A stretch of 64,000 nt of DNA, taken from NCBI RefSeq assembly GCF_000143415.4, contig NW_003314372.1, forward strand, positions 250,821 through 314,820, in the 5' to 3' direction. A model generated the notes under the pieces. It was not told the origin of the DNA, ran no database searches, and worked only from the letters and a program-made list of their open reading frames with translations. A program made the position numbers and the translations under genes. The DNA comes from Selaginella moellendorffii (lineage: Eukaryota > Plantae > Lycopodiophyta). Shown here piece after piece: positions 24,988 through 37,408 of this stretch. The number at the start of each line of letters is the position of its first letter. Position 1 is the first letter of the stretch.

Positions 24988-27090
24988 TCAAGCCACTTTT
25001 CTTTCTTTGCAAAAACATACCTCTCCAAGCATCCCCAATTCTTGCAGAACTGTTTCATCAGGGATGTCTTCAGTAGTTTGGTGACGAGATTGGGCACTGC
25101 AGCAGTATTTGAAAGAGGCAACTTCGAAAGATGGCAGCCAGATGTTCCCTGGTGGCAGAAACTGTTGCAGGCCTGCATTGGGAAACCACGCCCCTGCAGC
25201 TGGCACCGAGTTTGTGCTAGAGGATGGGTTCAGCATGTCGCTATGCCAATTATTGGCAACCCCCAGATCACGGACGATGTGCTTGCTGGCAAGGTTCCGC
25301 TGGATGGCCGATGCCTCATGGAGATCCCTACCATCCACAACATGGCTAAGTTTGTCCCAGGAAGACGAGCTTGCCAGCAAGGAACTGGTCCGGGAGCTAA
25401 GAGTCCTTAGCCAGAACAGAGATGGTCTCAGCAGCCCACTCCCGTGTCAGCTCCTCCCCATCGTTGTCGTTGGGTGCAAAAATAGGCCGCCCTCGGAGCT
25501 TCTCGAAATCATCCTGCATTGCGGCAGGGAAGTCCTGATCTTCGTACACCCTCACTACATGCATCAAGGGCAAACTTGTGTTAGCCTGCGTGCAATTCAA
25601 ATCTGTCTTGTTCTTAAACCTCTGGTAGAATCTTGCACCTGCAGGCTCGAGCAATCAGTGGGTGAAGGGCTGGCCATTCAAAGGGACGTCCCCAGCAATA
25701 ATTCTGTCCATCTCCAGGCTCCGCAAGAGGTAACGCATGCGCACCAGAAGTCACCCATCGACCAGAGCATGTTTTCCATCCACCAGTTACGCTCCAGGCC
25801 AAAGGAAGGCTTGCCCCGGCAGCCAAGCAGTGCCTCGAGCTGCTGCTTGTCCATATCGTGGTACAGAGACGCAAAGTGCTCGTCTCTGAAGAGCATGCCC
25901 TCTACGAACTCGAGCTCATGAAATCTACGTACTAAGATGATCACTTTGGGTTGGAGGCCCTGCGCGCTCGAGTGAAGATTTGAGTGAAATTCCCGGAAAC
26001 CCGTCGCCGACCAGGTGCTCCTTCATACTTTGTAGATGTCGAAGGCCCTGTCAAGGGCCCTGCACTACCAGCAGCAACGGGATATATCTGACCCCATACT
26101 TAACATATAGCTGGGCCCGCGCTCATCAGGATAATCTGCGACCTGGCTCGTTATCGAAGCTGATCTAGAGGCACTACCTTCCGTCGCTGGCGCCACGGAT
26201 GTAAAGGTCTTGTGCTCCGGGCTCTCCAGTGTCGCTGGTGAACAAAAGAGAAGAAAAGGTAAAACAAGACGAAAGGAAAAGGCCTCACCCTTCCCGCGCA
26301 AAACGGCGCTCAAAGGCTGGAAATTGAAACCAACCCGTCCGGCAGTGATGTCGTTGACGGTGCATGAGCTCTGTAATGCAATGCCGCCGCCAGTCCCCCG
26401 GACGATAACGCTGGGCATCATCTGGCACAAATATAGGTTGGGCCAGGCAGCATTCCCGCAGCCTCTCTGCGAGAGACCAGGCTGCTCCATAAAATCCGAC
26501 GCTGCACAGGGAGAGTGAGTGCTAGAGCAGCATCCAGAGGCGAAGTGGTGATAGAGGATGTCTTCTTGGCACGTCCTGCGATGGATCAATCTTCAGTATA
26601 GAGATGGCAATCATGTCGTGCACAAGCTTCGGGAAGGCGAGGAAGCGAGGAGGTGCTGTTGCTGGCTGGGGAACACTAGCTGACGTCCCTTTGTGGCTGT
26701 CGGGGGTTGGGGACGCCTTTGGTGGGCCGGAACGTATCCCTCAGCGGAGGAGGAAGAGGCACATTCCACAAACTCTGGCATTCCATGGCGCCGCCAGGGT
26801 GCATCTCCACTGGCGGCCGCGGGCAAACCCTGGGGGCGGAGCAGCGTTCCGCGGCAGCGCGTACCTGGCAGCGCCTCCGCCAGGATGCATCTCCGCTGGA
26901 TCGTGCTTGGCGGCGGAGCTGCATTCTCCCCCGCGTACCGTTTTCCCGCCTGAAAACCCAAACCCTGTCGGCAGTCCTAAAGTCAATTAGCCCTGGTGGC
27001 TGCAAACTGATGATGAATCCATCGGCAGTCACTCACCCACAGACGAGGGCGCGATTGCCGATCCCCACACAAACGTCTTGAAGAACGTAA
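24988..27090 (-). pseudogene. GC-rich gene-like region of unknown family, probably a disrupted gene
   Basis: Chain of minus-strand ORFs (24988-25380, 25397-25654, 25678-25944, 26065-26589) with coding-like composition and splice-like signals; no motif recognised. Confidence 0.3.
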
Positions 27091-27261
27091 CCTGGGATCC
27101 ACCACCTTGTCCTGCACGATCGATAGGGAATCCTTTCCCCTTGCCCTAATTAGGGCTCGAAGGGGGTTGAAGGTGCCACGCTGGACATACCTTTTGGACC
27201 CGCATTATTCGCCCAGGGCTCAACTCTCGTTAGAAAAAGCAAAGCCCTAAAGCATTAAGTG

Positions 27262-27264
<3 letters not shown>

Positions 27265-27299
<35 letters not shown>
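27265..27299. repeat. (GA)n microsatellite in the MMT 5' region
   Basis: Perfect GA run just upstream of ATG 27323. Confidence 0.9.
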
Positions 27300-27301
<2 letters not shown>

Positions 27302-27322
27302 GATCGATTCATCCATCCAGCC

Positions 27323-30300
27323 ATGGCTGCTGCCGCTGCTGGAGAGATGGAGGAGGTGAAGCGCTTCCTGGATGAGTGCCGGGAATCCGGCGACAAGACC
27401 TACGGCGTCTTCAAGGGCGTGCTGGATGAGCTCCAGAATGAGACCACGCGATCCAGGGCGCGCAAGCTGCTGGCATCCGTGGAGCGCTACGTTGACGCCG
27501 AGCTTTCCACTGTGGATTGCTTCGCGACATTCCATTTCCGGATCCATCAGCTCGTTCTCTCGGATTCTCAAGGTATAGCGGCCCGGATTGCATCAATTGC
27601 TCTCTGTTTGATCAATCGCCCCCAGGTCTTCGCAAGAACCGTCAAAAGCTCACGCTTCTTGAGCTGCCGAGCATCTTCATTCCCGAGGACTGGTCGTTTA
27701 CTTTCTACGAAGGGATCAATCGCCTCCCGGACAGTGGATTCCATGACCGCGATGTGGCAGAGCTGGGCTGCGGCAATGGCTGGGTGTCCATTGCCATCGC
27801 CGAGAAATTGCTACCGAGAAAGGTAGCTCATCATATTTCCTATGTGGACTCCACGCGAGCTTAATTATTCTTTGCCTTTGTCGTTCTTAGGTGTATGGCT
27901 TGGACATCAATCCTCGAGCGATCAAAGTTGCCTGGATCAACCTCTACTTAAACGCGCTTAGCGGCGAGGACGGATCACTGGTGATCGACCGCGAGGGGAA
28001 ATCGCTACTGGATCGTGTCGAGTTTTACGTTTCGGATTTGCTGGGTTATTGCCGGGACCGAAATATCATGCTGGACCGCGTTGTCGGCTGCATACCTCAG
28101 GTAAGGTTTCGCTTGTTTTGGTGTTTCCCTGCCTTCACTTTCTTTCGCCTGCATTGCAGGTGCTCAATCCCGATCCGGAAGCCATGCTTAAGCTTGTCTC
28201 GGAGAATGCTAGCGAGGACTTTTTATATTCCCTCAGCAACTATTGCGGGCTTCAAGTAAGCGCTAGTTTTTTGTTTTCTTTCCTTCTATGCCTATTATAT
28301 GGTTTACAGCGAGCGAGATGCGTAGCGTCTGGTACTGAAAGCTTCAACGCATGAATGCAGGGCTTTGTGGAAGATCAGTTTGGCCTGGGACTCATTGCGA
28401 GAGCTGCAGAAGAAGGCATTAGCGTGATAAAGCCCAATGGTGCTATGATTTTCAACATCGGTGGCCGACCGGGACAGGCTGTCTGCGAGCGCCTGTTCGA
28501 GAGGAGAGGCTTTAAAATCGCCAAGCTGTGGCAAACGAGAGTCAAACAGGCAAGCAGCCGATATTCCCGCCTTTCTGATTCACTGACTTTATTACCTTAG
28601 GCAGCCGATACAGACATTTTAGCGCTAGTTGAGATAGAGAAGAACAGCCGCCATCGCTTTGAATTTTTTATGGGGCTGTTGAGCGAAGAGCCGATCTGTG
28701 CGCGCACAGCATGGGCGTACTCCAGAGCTGGAGGCGAAATCTCTCATGGATTATCTGTATACAAGTGTGAACTACGCCATCCCAACGAGGTTAAGTTCTC
28801 GTGATAAATAGGCTTTCCTGTGACTAACAAGGTTTCCTTCGCAGATAAAGACCATATTCAAGTTTTTGAATAACAAGATTCAGGAATTACGAGGTGCATT
28901 AGACTTATCATTCTCAGAAGAATCAGTGGCGGAAGAGAAAATTCCTTTCCTTGCATACCTCGCAAATGCACTGGAGGGGCTTTCCTATATCCCCTGCGAA
29001 CTCCCAGTTGGAAGCACCAATTTTCGCAGCTTAATTGCCGGTTTCTTTCGAATATATCATGGAATACCTCTCACCCCCGCTGTAAGTTGATAGATTGAAC
29101 TGTTGGGAACGCTACTGATAGTTTCTGTATTTCCTCGTTCGCAGAATGTAGTTGTGCAGCCGTCAAGGTCTGTTCTCATCGAAAACATTCTCCGTCTTTA
29201 TCAACCAAAGCTTGCTCTAATTGACGCGATGTTCACGAGATGGTTACCAAAGAAATGGCTGACGGTGTTACCCCACCAAAGTGATCAAGTCAGCTCGTCT
29301 GAGATCGCCGTGGTGGAGGCTCCTCATCGCACAGATCTGGTCATTCAGCTACTCAGGCACTTGAAGCCTCAGATTGTCATCACCAGCCTCGCGGACTTTG
29401 AAATGAGAACCTCCACTGCGTTTGAACAGTTGCTGCACGAGTGTGCCGAGGTCGGTGCGCGGCTTTTCCTGGACATATCGGATTACGTGGAGTTGTCTAG
29501 TGCACCCGGCACTAATGGTGTCCTGCAATACATGGCCGCTCACGCGCTTCCGTCGCACGCTACCATCATGAGTGGCTTGGTGAAAAATAAGGTACAGGCT
29601 TTTCTTTCTTCTTTGTCCTTGGAGGATGCTAAATCAGTCACCACCACTTGTCCATTCCAGGTCTACGCTGACTTGGAAGTTGCCTTTCTTATATCCGAGA
29701 ATAAAGATGTTCTCCATGCGCTGGCTTTGTCTGGGGAGCTTGTGGACGGCCGGACTGCCGTAATGAACCAGTTCTACTATGGTTGTCTCCTACACGAGTT
29801 ACTTAGTTTTCATCTGCCAGAGCGTCACACGTCTTCAGAGGTTTGAGAGTTTCCTTTCTTACTGCTGGATAAAACTTATATGTTACATGTTTTCCAGAGA
29901 TTAATCCGCCAAGAGGAAAGCTCCAAGTTCATCCGTTTTGCAGACTGCACTAGGAAAGCTATTGTCGAGGCTGAAGTATGTAGCTCGGGGTCATTGGTGG
30001 CGAATGCCATTCACCTGGATATTGATGAGAACGCTCTTCCCACGCCCCTGGCGGTGAAGGCGGTAATCTTCGAGGCGTTCTGCCGACAAAACGTGAGCGA
30101 AGCAGAAACCGATCCCAAGCCGGAAATTCTGGATTTTATAAAAGCCAAGTGCCTGCTCGGACCAGACTATTGTGGGGAACTAGTGCTTGGGGACAGCTGT
30201 TTATCCTTGTTCTCGAATCTGGTACTGGGCTGCGTCGAAGACAAAGGCACCCTGTGCTTTCCTGCGGGCTGCAACGGGACGTATCTGTCGACTGCCAAGT

Positions 30301-31228
30301 TTTACGATGCAGACCTGAGAAGAATTCAAACGAAGAAAGGCGACGGCTTCAAGCTTACGGCCCATGCAGTGGAAGAGACGATCAGGGATCTTACAAGGCC
30401 GTGGCTCTACATCTCGGGTCCGACAGTGAGCCCCACAGGCGTCCTCTATTCCAGCGGGGAGATAATCTCAATCCTCTCGGTGTGCGAGAAAGCTGGCGCA
30501 AGGGTTATCATAGACACTTCGTTTTCCGGGCTCGAGTACGATAGCAGCCGGGTGGACTGGGACTTGAAGAGTTTCGTGGGCAGAGCAAGCGGCAGCAACA
30601 AGTCGTTTGCAGTTGCACTTCTAGGGGGATTCTCTACGGAACTGCTATCAGGCGGGCATGAATACGGCTTTGTGACTTTTACCAGCTCCATCTTTTCCGA
30701 GGCGTTTAAAGACGCTCCCTTGAGGAAAACACCACACATGACGTCCAACTACATGATCAAGAAACTTCTGGCGATGGCGAACAGCAAATCGTCCTCGAGG
30801 GACTTGCAAGACGGAGTTCGTAGTCAGCAGCTCATCCTCAAGCAGAGGGCTGAGAAGATGAAAGAGGTAAAAGGTCTTTATCGCCTTGACTCTTACGTAG
30901 TTGAAGCTTTTTCTGTTTTCAGGCGCTGGTTGCGTGTGGATGGGAGGTTTTGGAGCCTCAAGGAGGGATCTCCCTAGTTGCTCGTCCATCGGCTTACGAG
31001 GGCAGGACGTTTTCGTACAAAAGTATCGGCGGGGAAACGACGAAAGAGATTAAGCTGGACAGCGTGAACATACGCGAAGCAATGCTGTGCAGCACCGGCG
31101 TTTGCGTGAGCAGCAGCCAGTGGACGGGGTTGGAGCACTATTGTCGCTTCGTCATCGCTGTTAGCGACGACAAATTCGATACGGCGTTGAAAGCGCTGCG
31201 GAGGTTCAAGGACTTGGTGCTGGGCTGA
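27323..31228 (+). CDS. MMT: Methionine S-methyltransferase (SAM-MTase domain + C-terminal aminotransferase-like domain), ~11 exons
   Basis: PSIFIPEDWSFTFYEG, AELGCGNGW, YGLDINPRA, VGCIPQ, EDQFGLGLIARA, FEFFMGL, PWLYISGPT motifs; approximate exons 27323-27572, 27626-27822, 27891-28100, 28160-28255, 28361-28549, 28601-28789, 28845-29081, 29145-29591, 29661-29840, 29898-30866, 30923-31228. Confidence 0.96.
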
Positions 31229-31632
31229 CGATCCATCGCTATCTTCTCCTCCTGGAAACAGAAACAAGGCCAGTTAGTCAGCTCTTATCTCCCACGTCTT
31301 TGCCATCTTGCTTTTCTTGCTTTTCGCGCTTGCTAAACGTGCACCACTTGTGCTATTGCTACAGAGGACGGAAATCATCCATCCATCCATCCATCCATCC
31401 CTCGACAGAGACAAACAGCGGCGGACGGAATGGTCGGTCAACCAAGAGTTATTTTTTGGACGAAAGGAAGAAAAAGAATGGGTTGGTTGTTGACGTTTGA
31501 TTACCTACCTAACAGGGGATCCACGAGCTCCCAGTTGGGGAGCGAACGTGGCTTGGCTAGCTGGCTGGGCGGGCGGGATACCGCGGGAGAGGGCAAATGG
31601 ATATGCTGCGGCATACCGCGGCATACCGCGGC

Positions 31633-32544
31633 TTACCGCGACGGCAATGCGAGTGCGGCGGTTGCTACGACCCAGGGGTGTGCGATGATGTCGGCGGGCT
31701 TGGGCCGCTTGTATGGATTCTTGTCCATCATCTTTTGGATGAGATCCTTGGCGCCGCCGGGGATGCCGTCCCAGTCGAGGCAGGCGTCGGCGGTGACGGC
31801 GCAGGCCTTGAGGTCGGAGAGGAGCCCCAGGGTGGAGTAGTCGGAGAAGACCTTGGACGCCCCCGCCAGCATCTGGTAGAGCGTCACGCCCAGGCTCCAC
31901 ACATCGGCAGGCAGCCAGTAGCTCCCGCACATCACCTCCGGGGCAACGTAGCGCGGCGTGCCAACTTTGTCCTTGAGTTGCTTGCGCGCCGCCGCCGCCG
32001 ACGAGACGCAGTTGTATTCGGCGATGCCGAAGTCGGCGTACTTGACGACCAGGGAGGCCGCGGCGGCGCAGCTCGTCGTACTGCCGCCGCCGCTGCTGTT
32101 CTTGGCACTCACCAGCAAGATGTTGTCGGGCTTGACATCGCGGTGCATGATCCCCGCCGAGTGGAGGTCGTCCAGGGTGGCGGCGAGGTGGCGCACCAGT
32201 AGCGCCGCCTCCGCCTCGGGGATCTTGCCTCGCTGCTGGATCCAGTCGGCGAGGCTGCAGTCGCACAGCTCCATGATCAGGTGCCAGGCGTCCGCGTCCA
32301 TCACCATCTCCTCGTAGTGGACGACGCCGCAGTGGTTGCTCATCTTGGCCAGGCACTCGGCCTCCACCTGGACGCGCTTCATGGTCACCGAGCAGCTCTT
32401 GCTGCTGGCGTCAATGCGCGTCGACTTGCACGCGAATCGCTTGCCATCGCTCTTGCGCACCAGGATGGAGACGCTGCTGTGCTCGCCCGCCCCAATCACC
32501 GACCCGGGGCTATACTTCGCCCACAGCTTGCTGCCGCCTGCCAT
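31633..32544 (-). CDS. Intronless Ser/Thr protein kinase, CAMK/CDPK superfamily, kinase domain only (PPCK/PEPKR-like)
   Basis: ACK, HLIMELC, HRDVKPDNILL, DFG, GTPRYVAPE, DVWSLGV motifs; no EF hands; first ATG at 32544 (the track's 32568 start is GTG). Confidence 0.9.
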   Translation of the reverse strand: MAGGSKLWAKYSPGSVIGAGEHSSVSILVRKSDGKRFACKSTRIDASSKSCSVTMKRVQVEAECLAKMSNHCGVVHYEEMVMDADAWHLIMELCDCSLADWIQQRGKIPEAEAALLVRHLAATLDDLHSAGIMHRDVKPDNILLVSAKNSSGGGSTTSCAAAASLVVKYADFGIAEYNCVSSAAAARKQLKDKVGTPRYVAPEVMCGSYWLPADVWSLGVTLYQMLAGASKVFSDYSTLGLLSDLKACAVTADACLDWDGIPGGAKDLIQKMMDKNPYKRPKPADIIAHPWVVATAALALPSR

Positions 32545-33146
32545 GGGATCTCTCGGAACATCAAACACTCCTCCGCCTATGAACTCTGATCAATCCAATG
32601 CGGTCCAATCCCAGAGGGGCCCAAGACGAAAAAGGAGGAACGGATGATGGATCAAGAATCACACTCTCTCCTACAAATCCAGCCAAGAGCCCACAGATGC
32701 CCACAGATGCTTGCTTGTTGCTGCTCCAACCGCAGCTGTTGTTGCTTGACTCCTCCGCCGCCGCCTCCTGACCCTCCGCCTTGCTTGTGCCGCTGCGACC
32801 ATGGCGACGGCCCTTGGATCTTGGCCCCTTCTCCCTGTGCGATTCAAGCAGCGCTAGTGCGGCCAGCAGCGATCTCTATGCCTATCGTCGGGGGGAGGGG
32901 ATTGGAACATCCAGCCGAGACCGAGAACGGGTCCTCCGATGGGTGGCGGGGGCAGCGGCGGCGGCGGCGGCTGTGGGCGGCTATCCATCCACTCGACGAG
33001 GCAAAAACTCTCACACACTCACCCGGGCTATGCGCAGGCCTCCTTTTAACAATAATGCCCAAGGACACCCTGTGCTAAGGACACCCTTCCTCAATAATAT
33101 CACCCGAATATGCCGGCCATCTAGGGTTAGGGCTTTAGGAGATCCA

Positions 33147-35030
33147 ATGAAGATCACTGTCATGACGTCGGACGAGCGCTTCGTGTCGCTGGACGTCGAT
33201 GCCGATGAGCTGGTAACACTATCTCAAGCTCCGCCCTTCTGATTCGCGGGGCTTTGGCAGGTTGAAAACGTCAAGGCGCTACTGGAAGTGGAGGTAATTC
33301 TACCTAGATCCAAATCAATCCAGCGCAGCTGCGCAGGAAGAGCGAGTGATGCTAATGCCCCGCTCTGCTCTACAGACGCAAATTCCGCTCCACCAGCAGC
33401 AGCTATTGCACCACGGCAGGGAGCTCCCCAACTCTCACAAGCTCAATGCCGCGGGAATCGTGGACAATGACCTGCTCATGCTTGTGGCGGCGGCCCCTCC
33501 TCCAACAAGGTTCTTTCGCTTGAATCACAGAGAGAGAGAGAGAGAGAGAGAATGGAACCTTTGTTCTTATACTTTCGCAGCACCAGCGGCTCGGGAGGAG
33601 GCAATGAGATGGCTCTCAATGCCGATGGCTCCGCTGTAAACCCGTCGGCCTTCATGAGCCGCTTGAAGCGGGATCCACAGACCATGAAGTTCCTGTTTGA
33701 GGTTCGTGTGCTCCTCCTTCCAATGGTCCCGGCCTAAAAATGTCAGCTTGCAGAGAAACCCAGACATAGCGGGCGCGGTGCACTCAAACAACGTCTCGGC
33801 GCTCCAGGGCTTTCTCAGGCAGATCCACCAACAGAAGCTGGATCTTCAACGGCGTCAGCAAGAGGAGATTGTAAGATACCGTGGTGTCTTTGAAGGCTCT
33901 CATTCCCGCTGTCAGTGCAGGCACTGATGAATGCTGATCCGTTCGATTTAGATGCACAAAAGAGAATAGAAGAGAGTATACGTCAGGTACCTTCAATTCT
34001 GCTAGAAAGCTCATTCGTTTCTCTTTTCCTTAGAGAAACATAGACGAAAACTGGGAAGCAGCCGTGGAGCACAACCCCGAAGCATTTGCCAGTGTCGTAA
34101 GTGGTTTACCTTTTGGGTTTGGAGTCTGTCTAATCACACTCCTTTGTTGCAGATAATGCTTTACGTGGACATGGAAGTGAATGGCTTTCCCCTGAAAGTA
34201 AACTACACCAATTTCCTGGCCGTGGGACTGAACACTGGGAAATGTGTGCAGGCTTTTATTGACAGTGGAGCGCAAATGACCATAATCTCAAGGACTTGTG
34301 CAGAACGCTGTGGGTGAGATGGATTCATTTCTAGCCTACACAGGCGGCGTTCTAACTCGCAAACAGGCTGTTGAGACTCTTGGACAAGCGCTATGTAGGT
34401 GTTGCCAGGGGCGTGGGTCAAACGGAAATCGTGGGAAGGATTCATGTAGCTCCTCTCAAGGTTCGAAGTCTTTCTAGATCCAGATGAAGAAACGAAGTTG
34501 AGGTCCCTTTCTGATGGCAGATAGGAGATCATTTCTATCCTTGCTCGTTCACAGTTTTGGACCAGCCTAATCCTGAATTCATCTTTGGCCTTGACATGCT
34601 ACGCAAGCACCAGGTTGAGAGTTCAATCTCGTAAAGGAAATGTGTTAAGTCTCACAACGCGTGCAGTGCTCCATTGATCTCAAGGATAACGTGCTTAGAG
34701 TTGGAGGCGGTGAGATTGCAGTACCATTTCTTCAAGGTTGGTTTTCTATTGCCTCGGTGCGACGAGTGTAACTTTTTTCTCTTTCATCTTTGCTTTTAAA
34801 CGGCAGAGAAAGACATTCCGAGGCATTTCCATCAAGACGAAGTGAAACCATCAGCAAGCACAAGCGTGCTTCCGGCTCCAGCAGCGGCGGCTCCTCAGGC
34901 ATCGTCCGATTTGGAAGCCAAAGCGTCGCGGTTGATGGCACTGGGCTTTGACCGCCCATCGGCGTTGGAAGCGCTGCGGCTATGTAATGGCAACGAAGAA
35001 CAAGCAGCCAGTTATTTATTTGGCGGATAG
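33147..35030 (+). CDS. DDI1: DNA damage-inducible protein 1 (UBL - retroviral-like aspartic protease - UBA), multi-exon
   Basis: MKITVMT...[14 protein letters not shown]; [13 protein letters not shown]; [10 protein letters not shown]; AFIDSGAQ (34261); [10 protein letters not shown]; C-terminal [31 protein letters not shown]. Confidence 0.95.
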
Positions 35031-35040
35031 TCTCATAAGC

Positions 35041-35075
35041 TGGGCTTTCCATTTCCTGTTTTTAGGGTTTAGGGG
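35041..35075 (+). promoter_or_regulatory. Site II (TGGGCT) plus telo-box (TTTAGGGTTT) upstream of NBP35
   Basis: Both motifs lie within the 66-nt gap between the DDI1 stop and the NBP35 ATG. Confidence 0.5.
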
Positions 35076-35096
35076 AAGAAGGAAAAAGAGTCGGTG

Positions 35097-36250
35097 ATGG
35101 AAGGCGCGGGGGAGGATGTTCCCGACAATGCGAATGAGCGTACGTAATTTCGATTGCTCTCCAATCTCTGCTCATCGCTTTCGATTCGCAGACTGCCCGG
35201 GCACTGAATCGGAGGCGGCTGGAAAATCCGCGGCTTGTGCTGGATGCCCCAACCAGCAGGCGTGCGCCACCGGCCCCAAGGGCCCCGATCCAGGTAATCC
35301 ATAGATAGATAGGTCAAGGACTGGCCTAATACTAACAAGCTGCTCCAGACCTTGTTGCGATCAGCCAGCGCATGAGCAGCGTCAAGCACGTAATCCTGGT
35401 GCTGTCGGGCAAAGGCGGCGTGGGCAAGAGCACGTTCGCGGCGCAGCTATCCTTCGCCCTGGCGGGGATGGACAAGCAAGTCGGGCTGCTGGACATCGAC
35501 ATATGCGGGCCGAGCATTCCAAAGATGCTGGGACTGGAGGGCCAGGAGATCCACCAGAGCAACCTGGGCTGGTCGCCGGTGTACGTGGAGGACAACCTGG
35601 GCGTCATGTCCATCGGCTTCATGCTCCCGGACCCCGACGAAGCCGTCATCTGGCGAGGCCCCAGGAAGAACGGCCTCATCAAGCAGTTCCTCAAGGACGT
35701 GTACTGGGCCGACTTGGACTTCCTCGTCGTGGACGCGCCCCCCGGGACGTCGGACGAGCACATCTCCATCGCCCAGTACCTCAAGGTGGCCAACGTTGCG
35801 GGGGCGATTGTGGTCACCACCCCACAGGAGGTGTCCATAATCGACGTGAGGAAGGAGATAAGCTTTTGCAAAAAGGTTGGCATCCCGGTGCTCGGGGTCG
35901 TGGAGAACATGAGCGGCTTGCAGCTCCCGGTCAGGGATCTCGTGTTTAGGAAGAGCAGCGACGACGGGCAAGAAGACGAGGACGTGACCCGGGAGGTGAT
36001 GCTCAAGCTCGAGACGCTCGCCCCGGAGCTGCTGTCAACTCTGGCCTGCGCCCAGGTGTTTTACGTGAGTGGCGGTGGAGCGCAGGAGATGGCCAGGCAG
36101 ATGCGGGTCCCGTTCTTGGGACGGGTACCTCTGGATCCACGGCTGAGCCGGGCGGCCGAGCAAGGGAAGTCGTGCTTCGAAGACTCTCCCTCTCCCAGCG
36201 GGCTTGCTCTCAAAGGGATCATCAAGCGGCTGCTCAAGGCTATCGGGTGA
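35097..36250 (+). CDS. NBP35: Cytosolic Fe-S cluster assembly factor NBP35, 3 exons
   Basis: N-terminal CPG...[12 protein letters not shown]-loop [38 protein letters not shown]; plant-type C-terminus. Confidence 0.96.
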
Positions 36251-36530
36251 TCGAGCATCCACAAATGCAGCAGGAGTAGCGCGTTGTAGATAGTGATCGA
36301 CTACCAAGTCAGACTATGGCGTTAAATTCAATAAGCGTGTTGATGAAAGTGAGGTGGTCTCGTCCGGCTCCATGCCCAAGTCGGGGCACCTTTCTATTGA
36401 TCTCGTTTATCTTCCACGTCAGCTGCTGCAACTGCCACAGGGGGTGTCATGGACAGCGAGAGGGAGCGGGAACGAAATCCTGATGGCTCTCGTTGAAAAA
36501 GAATAAAGAATTTTCTTGAATGCCCACTAG

Positions 36531-37145
36531 CTAGTCATCTCTAGACGAAGAAGGGTCATCACTAGCGCCGGTGACAAAGGCGGTGAGTTTGCGCTTCCAC
36601 GGCGCGTTGTTCTGGTGCTTGAACCACGAGAGGAAGGCGCTGTCCAGCAGGCAGAAGAAATTCACGTAGAGCAGCTGGTGCTGGACAGGCACGAAGCGGA
36701 AATTCACCACCTGGACCACGGGCCACACCGCTCCTTCGGTCAGAAACGCGGGGATAAAGTCTCGTCCCAGCTCCTGCCTCACAACCTCCCACCTCTTGCC
36801 CGCCGCCAGCCCCGAATACGTGAAAAACGCCACAAGATGGATCGGCCCAAAGATGAGCGCGTCCGCCGCCAGCTTTGTCGCTAGGAATCTCAGCGATTTG
36901 GGCCTCAGTCGCAGCTTGTTGTGGACGAGATGCTCCAGCCCCTCATACCTGCACAAGGAAAAAGATGGGAAAGCCAATACAGCCATAGCCGAGCTCCAGA
37001 CGAACCAGAAATGACCCACTGGACCGACGAATCCCACTCCGAACATGCTCGAAATTCCCACCCGCTTCCAATTCAATCCATCCTTGTCCTTGCCCGGCCC
37101 CGGCTCCACCTGTGGATCGATTGCGATAATTGTGAATGCCTGCTC

Positions 37146-37199
<54 letters not shown>

Positions 37200-37408
37200 G
37201 CATTTACGCTGGGCAAACCATGGGGAAGCGGCGGAGGCGAGATGACCGATTTGTGCTGCCGCTTCTCCACGCTGGCGCTCACGCTCTGCGCCACCATGTC
37301 GCCCACAGCCCACAAGATGCCCGACGTTACGATCTGGGTGCGCACGGGCTTGGCCGCCAGTTGACCCTGGTACCACGACCACGCACTCCTCATCTTGATG
37401 GCGCCCAT
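36531..37408 (-). CDS. Mpv17/PMP22 family membrane protein (SYM1-like), ~3 exons
   Basis: WYQGQLAAKPVRTQIVTSGILWAVGD, FVGPVGHFWYEGL, WPVVQVVNFRFVPVQHQLLYVN; (TC)n(AC)n microsatellite in intron 1. Confidence 0.92.
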
